From IMG/VR virus record IMGVR_UViG_3300044961_000667: a DNA stretch of 64,000 bases. The stretch is one strand, 5' to 3'. Each line of letters opens with the position of its first letter. The first letter of the stretch is position 1. Positions 38,339-45,448 of this stretch are shown here, one piece after another. A program made the position numbers and the translations under genes. The notes under the pieces were generated by a model. That model did not search any database. It was given only the letters and a program-made list of their open reading frames with translations, and was not told where the DNA came from. This stretch comes from a virus (taxonomy: Duplodnaviria; Caudoviricetes).

Positions 38339-38427
38339 CGGAGCGGGTCCGAGTCGAACGGACAGCCCGCCTTTCGACGAGCAAGCGCTTTCGAGACGCT
38401 CTGACTTGCCTGTGTGCAAACCGCTCC
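38339..38427 (-). tRNA. tRNA-Ser(CGA)
   Basis: Cloverleaf with long variable arm. Confidence 0.88.
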
Positions 38428-38523
38428 AGAAACACCCTCAGATGACCGCCTGAGGGGCGCGGGGGCCTGTTGGCCGAGATGCCCCTAGCTGTCGCCAGTT
38501 CGTGAGCGTCTCGGGACGGCTTG

Positions 38524-38610
38524 CGGAAGACGGAGGACTCGAACCCCACACCCACTCGGGGTGCCGACCGCTTTCAAGGCGGGCCAGCGTCCATCACTGG
38601 TTCATCTTCC
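38524..38610 (-). tRNA. tRNA-Ser(TGA)
   Basis: Cloverleaf with long variable arm. Confidence 0.9.
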
Positions 38611-38611
38611 A

Positions 38612-38941
38612 TCACTGCGATCGCGGCTGATCGGCGTTCCAGACGGAGCGGCCCATCGCTCCCTCATCGGCCTCAGCGTTCTTCAACATCGAGTAGTAGT
38701 CCGGTCGCTCCTTCAGGTGCGCCCAGGCGATCTTCCCGATGTCGAGCAGGTCGTCAACCACGTCGGTCTCCGGGTCGACGTCATGCTCCGACTCAACCCC
38801 GAGACCGGCCGCGAACTCTCCGAGGTCGACCTGGCTCCAGTCGATCCCCAGCTGGTCGCCAACCCACTTCGCCAGCTCAGGGCTCCATGCCGGCGCCTCG
38901 CCGACCTCTTCCTTCAGCTGCCTGACGAGCTTCCTGAGCAT
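38612..38941 (-). CDS. DUF5661-like protein
   Basis: GLGVESEH...KIAWAHLKERPDYYSMLK. Confidence 0.75.
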   Translation of the reverse strand: MLRKLVRQLKEEVGEAPAWSPELAKWVGDQLGIDWSQVDLGEFAAGLGVESEHDVDPETDVVDDLLDIGKIAWAHLKERPDYYSMLKNAEADEGAMGRSVWNADQPRSQ

Positions 38942-38981
38942 GCGGTGGCCTCCGGGCGCACAGTACACCCAGAGGCCACCC

Positions 38982-39524
38982 TCAGTCTTCCAGCTCGGTG
39001 TTCCAGTACGCCACCGAGGCGAGCCACTGCTTCCACGGCTCGGGCATGCCCTTCTTCCAGGTGAAGGTGAGCCGCACCGACTCGGGCAACGACTTCGGCT
39101 TCACCGGCACCTGCAGGAGCTTCATGCCTGCCTGCGCTGGCGTCCGACCGCCCTTCTTCTGGTTGCAGGGCGTGCACGACACCACGATGTTCTCCCACGT
39201 CGTGTGGCCGCCCTGCGTGCGCGGGACGACGTGGTCGTACGTGAAGTCGTGCCTGGGCACCTTCGCCGAGCAGTACTGGCACTTGCCCTTGTCTCGCGTG
39301 AAGACGTTCTCGCGACTGAACTTGATCGCCTTCTTCTTGCCGCGGATCGCCCGGAGGAACCGGATCACCGACGGCACCTTGAACTCCAACGTCATCGAGC
39401 GGACGGTCTTGTCCTCGTACTCCTCGACGACTTCCACCTTCTCCTCCCAGAGGAGGGTGATCGCCCGTTGCCAGCTCACGCGGGCAACCGGGGTGTAGCC
39501 AACATCGAGCACCAGCGTTTCCAC
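38982..39524 (-). CDS. HNH endonuclease (McrA-like)
   Basis: FSRENVFTRD..KCQYC...TYDHVVPR..GG.T.WENIV.SC..CN.KK. Confidence 0.9.
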   Translation of the reverse strand: METLVLDVGYTPVARVSWQRAITLLWEEKVEVVEEYEDKTVRSMTLEFKVPSVIRFLRAIRGKKKAIKFSRENVFTRDKGKCQYCSAKVPRHDFTYDHVVPRTQGGHTTWENIVVSCTPCNQKKGGRTPAQAGMKLLQVPVKPKSLPESVRLTFTWKKGMPEPWKQWLASVAYWNTELED

Positions 39525-39562
39525 GTTGCCCGTCCTTTCTGCGGCCTTCGCCGCGGTGAGTG

Positions 39563-39647
39563 TAGTCCCGGCCGGACTCGAACCGGCACGGCCTTTGTGG
39601 CCACTGGGGTTTGAGCCCAGCGCGTCTACCGACTCCGCCACGGGACC
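39563..39647 (-). tRNA. tRNA-Leu(CAA)
   Basis: Cloverleaf. Confidence 0.9.
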
Positions 39648-39652
39648 ATCTG

Positions 39653-39741
39653 TGCTCGGGGCGAGACTCGAACTCGCATGAGGCTTTCGCCCCACCGGCT
39701 TCTGAGGCCGGCGTGTCTACCGAAGGTTCCACCACCCGAGC
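39653..39741 (-). tRNA. tRNA-Leu(CAG)
   Basis: Cloverleaf. Confidence 0.9.
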
Positions 39742-39752
39742 ATGCACTTCAG

Positions 39753-39839
39753 TGGTCCGGGCGAGAGTCGAACTCGCATGATCTTTCGATCGGCAGGCTC
39801 TCAACCTGCTGTGTCTACCGGAGGTTCCACCACCGGACC
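39753..39839 (-). tRNA. tRNA-Leu(GAG)
   Basis: Cloverleaf. Confidence 0.9.
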
Positions 39840-39843
39840 AAAG

Positions 39844-39916
39844 TACCCGCTCTCGGAATCGAACCGAGCCCTCCGCCTTGTGAAAACGGCGCTCTCACCA
39901 GTTGAGCTACGCGGGC
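39844..39916 (-). tRNA. tRNA-Val(CAC)
   Basis: Cloverleaf. Confidence 0.88.
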
Positions 39917-39919
39917 ATG

Positions 39920-39991
39920 TCGTGAGCCTGGGAGTCGAACCCAGCTGGGCGGATTATGAGACCGCTGCCTTCCCTCGATGGCTTGCTCACG
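39920..39991 (-). tRNA. tRNA(CAT), Met or Ile2
   Basis: Loop CTCATAA. Confidence 0.8.
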
Positions 39992-39994
39992 GAG

Positions 39995-40067
39995 TAGCAG
40001 GGGCTGGGATCGAACCAGCGTTCTCCAGGTTATGAGCCTGGCGAGATGACCTCTTCTCCACCCTGCA
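39995..40067 (-). tRNA. tRNA-fMet(CAT)
   Basis: 1:72 mismatch; loop CTCATAA. Confidence 0.85.
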
Positions 40068-40068
40068 G

Positions 40069-40142
40069 TACTCCCGGAGGGACTCGAACCCCCAGCCTCT
40101 TCGTTCGTAGCGAAGCGATCTGATCCGTTGATCTACGGGAGC
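40069..40142 (-). tRNA. tRNA-Arg(ACG)
   Basis: Cloverleaf. Confidence 0.9.
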
Positions 40143-40154
40143 ATCAAACAACAG

Positions 40155-40228
40155 CGGTCTCGGCGGGACTCGAACCCGCGGCCTTTCGCTTCGGAGGCGA
40201 ACGCTCTCATCCACTGAGCTACGAGACC
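40155..40228 (-). tRNA. tRNA-Arg(CCG)
   Basis: Cloverleaf. Confidence 0.9.
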
Positions 40229-40230
40229 AG

Positions 40231-40303
40231 CGTTCCCGGAGGGACTCGAACCCCCGACTTCTCCGTTAGGACCGGAGCACTCTTCCAACTGAGCTACGGG
40301 AAC
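40231..40303 (-). tRNA. tRNA-Arg(CCT)
   Basis: Cloverleaf. Confidence 0.88.
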
Positions 40304-40309
40304 ATCCTG

Positions 40310-40380
<71 letters not shown>

Positions 40381-40779
40381 TCAACCAACCACGTACTTCT
40401 CAGCCAACTTCACACCGGACTTCTGACCGTTCTTGGCAGGCTCGACCCGAAGCTGCCCGCCAACGGCCCCAACCTCCTCGACCGGGACCAGATACACCGC
40501 ATCCAACTCTGGGCAGTGGACGCCGAAGAACTCGACCTCACCGCGGTACGACTTTCTCCCAGTCCCTCGGTGAGCCGAGTTGCTGCTGGTGTCGAAGACA
40601 ACCGCTCCATTCTTGAGCCGCCCAGTCTTGCACTGCACTCGCTGGAACCCGGCATCAGTGTCGATCACCAGGTCGTAGCGCTGGTTCTCTCCAATCGGGA
40701 GCAGCACCGTCCTCCCGGTCTTGAGCAACGCCGCCATCACCGCACCCTCTGTTCTCGTCCCCTGCGCCTTGGTGTTCAT
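40381..40779 (-). CDS. PD-(D/E)XK endonuclease (PDDEXK_5-like)
   Basis: G...E...P.GENQRYDLVID...RVQCKT. Confidence 0.88.
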   Translation of the reverse strand: MNTKAQGTRTEGAVMAALLKTGRTVLLPIGENQRYDLVIDTDAGFQRVQCKTGRLKNGAVVFDTSSNSAHRGTGRKSYRGEVEFFGVHCPELDAVYLVPVEEVGAVGGQLRVEPAKNGQKSGVKLAEKYVVG

Positions 40780-40795
40780 GCTCCACATCTACCAC

Positions 40796-40841
40796 ACCGC
40801 TCGGACACCAGCCGAGTGCTCTGCCTTCGAGCTGCGGGGGC
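40796..40841 (-). pseudogene. 5' fragment of tRNA-Thr(GGT)
   Basis: GCCCCCGCAGCTCGAAGGCAGAGCACTCGG-CTGGTGT-CCGAG; no T-arm. Confidence 0.7.
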
Positions 40842-40845
40842 GCTG

Positions 40846-40918
40846 TGGATCTGGCCGGACTCGAACCGGCAACCTTCTGCGTGCAAAGCAGCCGCTCTCC
40901 CATTGGAGCTACAGACCC
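40846..40918 (-). tRNA. tRNA-Ala(TGC)
   Basis: G3:U70. Confidence 0.92.
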
Positions 40919-40923
40919 TTCAG

Positions 40924-40996
40924 TGGAACCGGCGGGACTTGAACCCGCCACCTCTCGCATGCGAAGCGAGCGCTCTCCCAGATGAGCTACGGCCCC
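40924..40996 (-). tRNA. tRNA-Ala(CGC)
   Basis: Cloverleaf. Confidence 0.92.
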
Positions 40997-41001
40997 AGGT
41001 G

Positions 41002-41072
41002 TGCGCGAGCAGGGAGTCGAACCCTGTCGTCTCCCGCGTCGGGGGAGTGCTCTACCGGTGAGCTACACGCGC
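41002..41072 (-). tRNA. tRNA-Val(GAC)
   Basis: Cloverleaf; atypical loop CCGACGC. Confidence 0.8.
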
Positions 41073-41161
41073 ATGGGCAGGCGGTGCTTTCGCCGAGCTG
41101 CCAGCAGTCACCACGTTCGTGACCCCGGCCCTGCTCGGTAGACTGCCACCTCTCCTGCTTG

Positions 41162-41234
41162 TGGACCCGGCGGGGATCGAACCCGCTACCTCTCGCATGC
41201 CATGCGAGCGCTCTCCCAAGTGAGCTACAGGCCC
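41162..41234 (-). tRNA. tRNA-Ala(GGC)
   Basis: Cloverleaf. Confidence 0.92.
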
Positions 41235-41326
41235 TAAGCGAGGCAGTTCGTAACGCTGCCTGCCCGGCTTTCCACCGGCGCGGGTTGATCAGACCCACGA
41301 GACTTGCCCGGAGCGACCGGGCCATG

Positions 41327-41399
41327 TGCCGTCCCTCGGAATCGAACCGAGATCCTCCGCTCTTCAGGCGGGTGCATGGACCACCACTGCCAAGACGGC
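41327..41399 (-). tRNA. tRNA-Phe(GAA)
   Basis: Cloverleaf. Confidence 0.85.
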
Positions 41400-41408
41400 G
41401 TACTTCAG

Positions 41409-41480
41409 CGGACCCGAACGGAATCGAACCGTCCTCGCCGGCGTGACAGGCCGGTCGCCTCACCAGATGCGTACGGATCC
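41409..41480 (-). tRNA. tRNA-Asp(GTC)
   Basis: Cloverleaf. Confidence 0.9.
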
Positions 41481-41485
41481 AACAG

Positions 41486-41568
41486 GGCGACTGGAGAGAA
41501 TCGAACTCTCACTGAGCTTTCGCTCGCGGGGTCACAACCCGCTGGGAACCCATTTCCCATCAGCCGCC
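41486..41568 (-). tRNA. tRNA-His(GTG) with a long variable arm
   Basis: G-1:C73; variable hairpin GAGC-GAAA-GCTC. Confidence 0.85.
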
Positions 41569-41697
41569 AGAAGAAATCTGCTCCACCCGAGTGAGGAAGG
41601 CATGAAACGGGTTTGAACCGTCTGGTCGATTTAGCAGATCGACTGATCACCAAGATCAGTAGTGCGTGTGAGCCATCCTCGGCCGGGTGGTGCAGAG

Positions 41698-41769
41698 TCC
41701 GCCGCAGTGGAATCGAACCACTTGCCTCTCGCTTATCAGGCGAGTGCTCTTCCAGTGAGCTACCGGCGG
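41698..41769 (-). tRNA. tRNA-Ile(GAT)
   Basis: Cloverleaf. Confidence 0.85.
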
Positions 41770-41778
41770 GCACGTCAG

Positions 41779-41852
41779 TCAGGGTGGCTGGGATCGAACC
41801 AGCGACCTCCTGCATCCGAAGCAGGCGCGCTACCAGGCTGCGCTACACCCTG
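41779..41852 (-). tRNA. tRNA-Pro(CGG)
   Basis: Cloverleaf. Confidence 0.92.
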
Positions 41853-41862
41853 TTGAGTCAAG

Positions 41863-41899
41863 TCAGGTCGGCTGGGATCGAACCAGCGATCTCCTGCAT
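41863..41899 (-). pseudogene. 3' half of a split tRNA-Pro
   Basis: ATGCAGGAGATCGCTGGTTCGATCCCAGCCGACCTGA; acceptor CGACCTG pairs 7/7 with CAGGTCG at 42446-42452. Confidence 0.8.
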
Positions 41900-42327
41900 C
41901 ACCAGACGTGGTCACTGGCCAGCAGGATGTTCTTCTTGGCCCCATTCGCGGGGGCCTCCAATCTCACATGCAGGATCGACTTCCCCTGGAACTCCTCAGG
42001 CAGGAAGGCCGTCACCACGTCCATCTCAGGCAGATACACCAGAAGCAGGTCAACCTCCCCGACCTCATACTTCTTGAACGACTTGTTGCTCGGTCCCACC
42101 CACGTCCTCAGAGCCACAGTCGCCACGCCGGACGAATGAGACGACTTGCCGCCTCCATACTTCGCTTGGGCCCGGATCAACCTAACACCATCATCCAGAA
42201 CCAGATCGTACCTGGCATCGGTTGTGGGCCGACTGACGACAAACCCCTTCTCAATCGCCCTCTGCTGCGCCTTCAGCGATGCCACTTCACCCTTCTGCCT
42301 GGTGTCCACTTCTCTTGCGTACCACAC
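41899..42327 (-). CDS. PD-(D/E)XK endonuclease (PDDEXK_5-like)
   Basis: KG...GF.VS.P..DARYDLVLD...AQAKY; lower GC. Confidence 0.88.
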   Translation of the reverse strand: MWYAREVDTRQKGEVASLKAQQRAIEKGFVVSRPTTDARYDLVLDDGVRLIRAQAKYGGGKSSHSSGVATVALRTWVGPSNKSFKKYEVGEVDLLLVYLPEMDVVTAFLPEEFQGKSILHVRLEAPANGAKKNILLASDHVW

Positions 42328-42340
42328 AGGAGAACATCTG

Positions 42341-42412
42341 TCGAAGAGACTGGACTCGAACCAGCATCCTCACGGCCCCCAGCCGTGCGCTCCACCATTG
42401 AGCTACTCCTCG
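42341..42412 (-). tRNA. tRNA-Pro(GGG), intact copy inside the insertion
   Basis: CACGG-CTGGGGG-CCGTG; acceptor CGAGGAG/CTCTTCG. Confidence 0.88.
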
Positions 42413-42417
42413 TCACG

Positions 42418-42452
42418 CCCGAGCAGGCGCGGTACCACTCCGCTACGACCTG
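42418..42452 (-). pseudogene. 5' half of the split tRNA-Pro
   Basis: CAGGTCGTAGCGGAGTGGTACCGCGCCTGCTCGGG. Confidence 0.8.
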
Positions 42453-42456
42453 AAAG

Positions 42457-42528
42457 TCTGGAAGGCGGGGATCGAACCCGCGACCTCTCGCGTCCAAGGC
42501 GAGCGCCCTACCGCTGGACTACTTCCAG
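42457..42528 (-). tRNA. tRNA-Pro(TGG)
   Basis: Cloverleaf. Confidence 0.9.
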
Positions 42529-42530
42529 TT

Positions 42531-42545
42531 GTGCAATCGATTGCG
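42531..42545. repeat. GTGCAATCGATTGCG palindrome copy
   Basis: Exact 15-mer, 2 nt before tRNA-Pro(TGG). Confidence 0.8.
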
Positions 42546-42712
42546 TTCAAAACTGTGCAGTGCGGACTGGCGGTTTGCACCCGCTGCACCGCATTGTCGG
42601 CCTGGCCTCAATAGGCCGCACGGTCCCACGCCGTCGAACGCCAGGACCTGCACCAACCACCGCCATGTTCGACCTGCCAAGCGGTGCCCGTTCATGCCGG
42701 GATGCTGCACAG

Positions 42713-42784
42713 TACCCCGTACGAGAATCGAACTCGTTTCGCTCGCTTGAAGGGCGAGGGGCCTAACCAATGGCCGAACGGGGC
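42713..42784 (-). tRNA. tRNA-Glu(TTC)
   Basis: Cloverleaf; first 22 nt overlap the HNH ORF end. Confidence 0.88.
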
Positions 42785-43119
42785 TTCTCTGCTCGATCAT
42801 GCGTCCTCTGCCGATGACAGTTGGCGCAGACCACTTCACATTTCTCGATCTCGGCTACGACCTTCTCAGGTCCGACACCGTGCCTCTTGAACTGCCCCAG
42901 GCTGAACTCCTTCCGACCCCTGACGTGATCAAAGTCCATCACCCATGGCGGATAGGCGACACCGCAGTCCGCGCACGGCCTGGACTTGGCTTTGTCGATG
43001 ATCGCCTTGATCGTCTCTTTGTAGGCCGCTGCCGCTCTGATGTACGAGATCTTGTTCTTCTCGTAGTGCCTGCGGCTGTACTCGGCCTGCTTCGACTTCG
43101 ACGGCTCTCTGAGCGGCAT
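42763..43119 (-). CDS. HNH endonuclease
   Basis: PCADCG...MDFDHV...KCEVVCANCHRQRT; same family as 36452-36979. Confidence 0.88.
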   Translation of the reverse strand: MPLREPSKSKQAEYSRRHYEKNKISYIRAAAAYKETIKAIIDKAKSRPCADCGVAYPPWVMDFDHVRGRKEFSLGQFKRHGVGPEKVVAEIEKCEVVCANCHRQRTHDRAEKPRSAIG

Positions 43120-43152
43120 TCTTCGTCATACCACTTGACGAACCTTTCGTCA

Positions 43153-43198
43153 CTCCACCTTGAAAGGGTGTCGGCCTCACCTGAAGCACCAACGGGGC
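43153..43198 (-). pseudogene. 5' fragment of tRNA-Glu(TTC)
   Basis: GCCCCGT...CACC-CTTTCAA-GGTG; no T-arm. Confidence 0.65.
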
Positions 43199-43203
43199 TG
43201 AAG

Positions 43204-43274
43204 TACCGCGTACGGGTGTCGAACCCGTCTCACTGGGCTGAGAACCCAGGGACCTCCCGGAAGTCGAACGCGGC
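43204..43274 (-). tRNA. tRNA-Glu(CTC)
   Basis: Cloverleaf. Confidence 0.88.
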
Positions 43275-43280
43275 TTGAAG

Positions 43281-43353
43281 AGGCGGAGGCGGGAGTCGAA
43301 CCCGCTCGATGTCGGTTTTGCAGACCGATGCCTTCCCAGTTGGCTACTCCGCC
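43281..43353 (-). tRNA. tRNA-Cys(GCA)
   Basis: Cloverleaf, U73. Confidence 0.9.
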
Positions 43354-43375
43354 AGGGAAAGACGAGACTGTGCAC

Positions 43376-43732
43376 ATGAAGCGCGTGCTGTGCCTTGATG
43401 ACGACGACATGGTGGCCCGGCTCATCGCCGAGGTGGTCGAGTTCTGCGGACACGAGCCCGTTCGAGAGAGCGACCCGCTGAAGGCTTCCTCGGACCACCT
43501 CCACGACCGGAAGATCGCTGCGGTGCTCACCGACTACATGATGCCTCGCCTCGATGGCGTCGACGTTCTGGTGGTCTGGCAGGAGTCTCGACCCGAGGTG
43601 CGCCGAGTGCTGATCACCGCGGCCCCGAACGAGCCGGCGGTGAAAGAGGCCCTCCGCACCGGCGTCGCTCAGATGGTGATCGCTAAGCCTCCGACGATCG
43701 CCGACATCAAGATGGCCCTGGCCTGGCTCTGA
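43376..43732 (+). CDS. Single-domain response regulator receiver
   Basis: LDDD, TDYMMP (phospho-Asp), LIT, AKP. Confidence 0.9.
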   Translation: MKRVLCLDDDDMVARLIAEVVEFCGHEPVRESDPLKASSDHLHDRKIAAVLTDYMMPRLDGVDVLVVWQESRPEVRRVLITAAPNEPAVKEALRTGVAQMVIAKPPTIADIKMALAWL

Positions 43733-43733
43733 G

Positions 43734-44297
43734 CTACCGCTTCTTCCTCGCCAGTCGCTCCTCCAGCTGCTGAACCGACATCTGGATGGAGTCGTTGATC
43801 GACCGCATCATGTCCTGCCGGAGCTTGTACTCCAGCTCCTGCAGCTTCTTGTCGGAGGCGTCCTTCGACTCCTTCTCGCGCTGGCGGTAGTACTCACCCT
43901 GTTTCTCGATGCGCTGGTCCACCGCCTGCCGGATCTCCGAGACCGTTCCCTTCATGGCCTCGATGGCCGACAGCACCTGCTTCATCTCGGTCTGAACGTT
44001 GCCGACCGACTTGTCGATACCGGCCAGGGCGTCGCTCTGCTCGTCGAACTTGTCGTCGTGCTCGTCGAGCCGCTCTTCGGTCTTCTGCTTGTCCTTGTCC
44101 TCGCGGTCGACCGTCCGCGAGCCCAGCCACTTGACGAAGCCAACGACGGCTCCGATCAACTGGGTGACGACTGCTGCTCCGACCAGCAAGTACAGCCCGG
44201 TCAGCCCGTCACCTGCTGGCGCTGGCGGTGGGGTTGCTGCTGCGGCTCCTGCCGCCGCCGCCGCCGCCGGGCCCGCCGCCAAGATCAACAGGTTCAA
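43734..44297 (-). CDS. Single-TM coiled-coil protein (possibly lysis-related)
   Basis: One hydrophobic helix, then a coiled coil. Confidence 0.6.
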   Translation of the reverse strand: MNLLILAAGPAAAAAAGAAAATPPPAPAGDGLTGLYLLVGAAVVTQLIGAVVGFVKWLGSRTVDREDKDKQKTEERLDEHDDKFDEQSDALAGIDKSVGNVQTEMKQVLSAIEAMKGTVSEIRQAVDQRIEKQGEYYRQREKESKDASDKKLQELEYKLRQDMMRSINDSIQMSVQQLEERLARKKR

Positions 44298-44300
44298 GAA

Positions 44301-44657
44301 CTACTCCTTGCTCGACAGATCGTCGTCGTCGTCGGGCTCTTCAGAGGGCACCGCCGACACCGGAGTCGCTGGCGGGAGGTTCACCTGCAGCTTGGCCGCA
44401 ATGGCGTCCACCACCTTCGACGTGTGCCGGCTTTCCATCTGCATCGACATCATCAGCTTCTCGCCTCGGAGCGTGCGCTCGTCGACATGCTTCACGGCGG
44501 TCTTCAGTGCCGCCAGGTCCTCGCCGAAGCCGGCCATTTTGGACCTCATCTCGTGCATGTCCTCTTCGAGCTTTGCCACTCGCGAGGCCAGGCTGATGGC
44601 CGTCGGCTTCCGCTTTCTTGGGGCCGTACGGAGGCCCCTCCCTCTGGTGTCACGCAA
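44301..44657 (-). CDS. Coiled-coil hypothetical protein
   Basis: Heptads. Confidence 0.55.
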   Translation of the reverse strand: MRDTRGRGLRTAPRKRKPTAISLASRVAKLEEDMHEMRSKMAGFGEDLAALKTAVKHVDERTLRGEKLMMSMQMESRHTSKVVDAIAAKLQVNLPPATPVSAVPSEEPDDDDDLSSKE

Positions 44658-44768
44658 AGTCGCTCTCCGAAGAAGCGGTCCACGGTCGTGGTTCTCTCAC
44701 GGCCTGCTGTTGGTTGACTGCTCCATCTTTCGCCCTCTTCTGGGCATCCGTCAACTGTCACTGATGCG

Positions 44769-44839
44769 TACCCTCTCGGAATCGAACCGAGCACCGTCGG
44801 CTTAACAGGCCGCTGCTATCAACCAGACCAGCTCAGGGC
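44769..44839 (-). tRNA. tRNA-Asn(GTT), imperfect acceptor
   Basis: Loop CTGTTAA; good T-arm. Confidence 0.7.
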
Positions 44840-44847
44840 ACATCGTA

Positions 44848-44918
44848 CTGGGGAGGAAGGGATCGAACCTTCTCCGTCGGCTTCAGAGACCGCTGCGCTA
44901 CCCTTGCGCCACTCCCCA
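44848..44918 (-). tRNA. tRNA-Gln(CTG)
   Basis: Cloverleaf. Confidence 0.9.
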
Positions 44919-44930
44919 ATGTCTTTCGCT

Positions 44931-44996
44931 CAGGGGCCCTGGGAATCGAACCCAGCTCGTCGGCTTCAAAGGCCGACTCACTCCCTGAGTACCCCT
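44931..44996 (-). tRNA. tRNA-Gln(TTG), short D region
   Basis: TCGGC-CTTTGAA-GCCGA. Confidence 0.72.
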
Positions 44997-45001
44997 CCAT
45001 G

Positions 45002-45073
45002 AGCGGGTGGCGAGGATCGAACTCGCGCATCCTGGGTTGGAAGCCCAGAGCCTTTCCGCTTGGCTACACCCGC
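45002..45073 (-). tRNA. tRNA-Gly(TCC)
   Basis: Cloverleaf. Confidence 0.9.
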
Positions 45074-45076
45074 ATG

Positions 45077-45147
45077 TACCGCCGCTGGGGATCGAACCCA
45101 GTCCCTCCGCTTAAAAGGCGGTTGCTCTACCCTTGAGCTACGACGGC
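45077..45147 (-). tRNA. tRNA-Lys(TTT)
   Basis: Cloverleaf. Confidence 0.9.
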
Positions 45148-45186
45148 GCGTGGACCTGCGCCGTCGCGTTTCATCTTCGTCTTCAT
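45127..45186 (-). CDS. Mini-ORF MKTKMKRDGAGPRAVVAQG running into tRNA-Lys
   Basis: AAGGAG RBS; three Lys codons in the first six. Confidence 0.45.
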   Translation of the reverse strand: MKTKMKRDGAGPRAVVAQG

Positions 45187-45204
45187 CGTCGTCTCCTTGT
45201 CGAG

Positions 45205-45292
45205 TGGTGGGAAGGCTCGGAGTCGAGCCGAGCTGGGACGCAATGCCACCCGCTTTACAGGCGGGCCACGAGCCCTACGTGTCTACCTTCCC
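45205..45292 (-). tRNA. tRNA-Tyr(GTA), CCA encoded
   Basis: Cloverleaf with long variable arm. Confidence 0.88.
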
Positions 45293-45295
45293 ATG

Positions 45296-45366
45296 AGCGG
45301 CATCCGGGAATCGAACCCGGTTCAGTGGCCTGGCAGACCACGGCCCAACCAATAGACCAATGCCGC
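45296..45366 (-). tRNA. tRNA-Gly(GCC)
   Basis: Cloverleaf. Confidence 0.9.
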
Positions 45367-45448
45367 ATACGGCTTTGTCGCTGACGGCCGCGCAGATCCT
45401 CGTGCGGAATGCACGAAGGACTGAACGTCTGCCGGCGACAGAAGCCAG

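Noticed and set aside
38982-39524. McrA-like HNH as another replacement cassette
   Set aside because: No duplicated gene or tRNA fragment was found on either flank.
41077-41158. SRP RNA or hammerhead ribozyme
   Set aside because: Lacks the SRP helix-8 motif and the CUGAUGA core.
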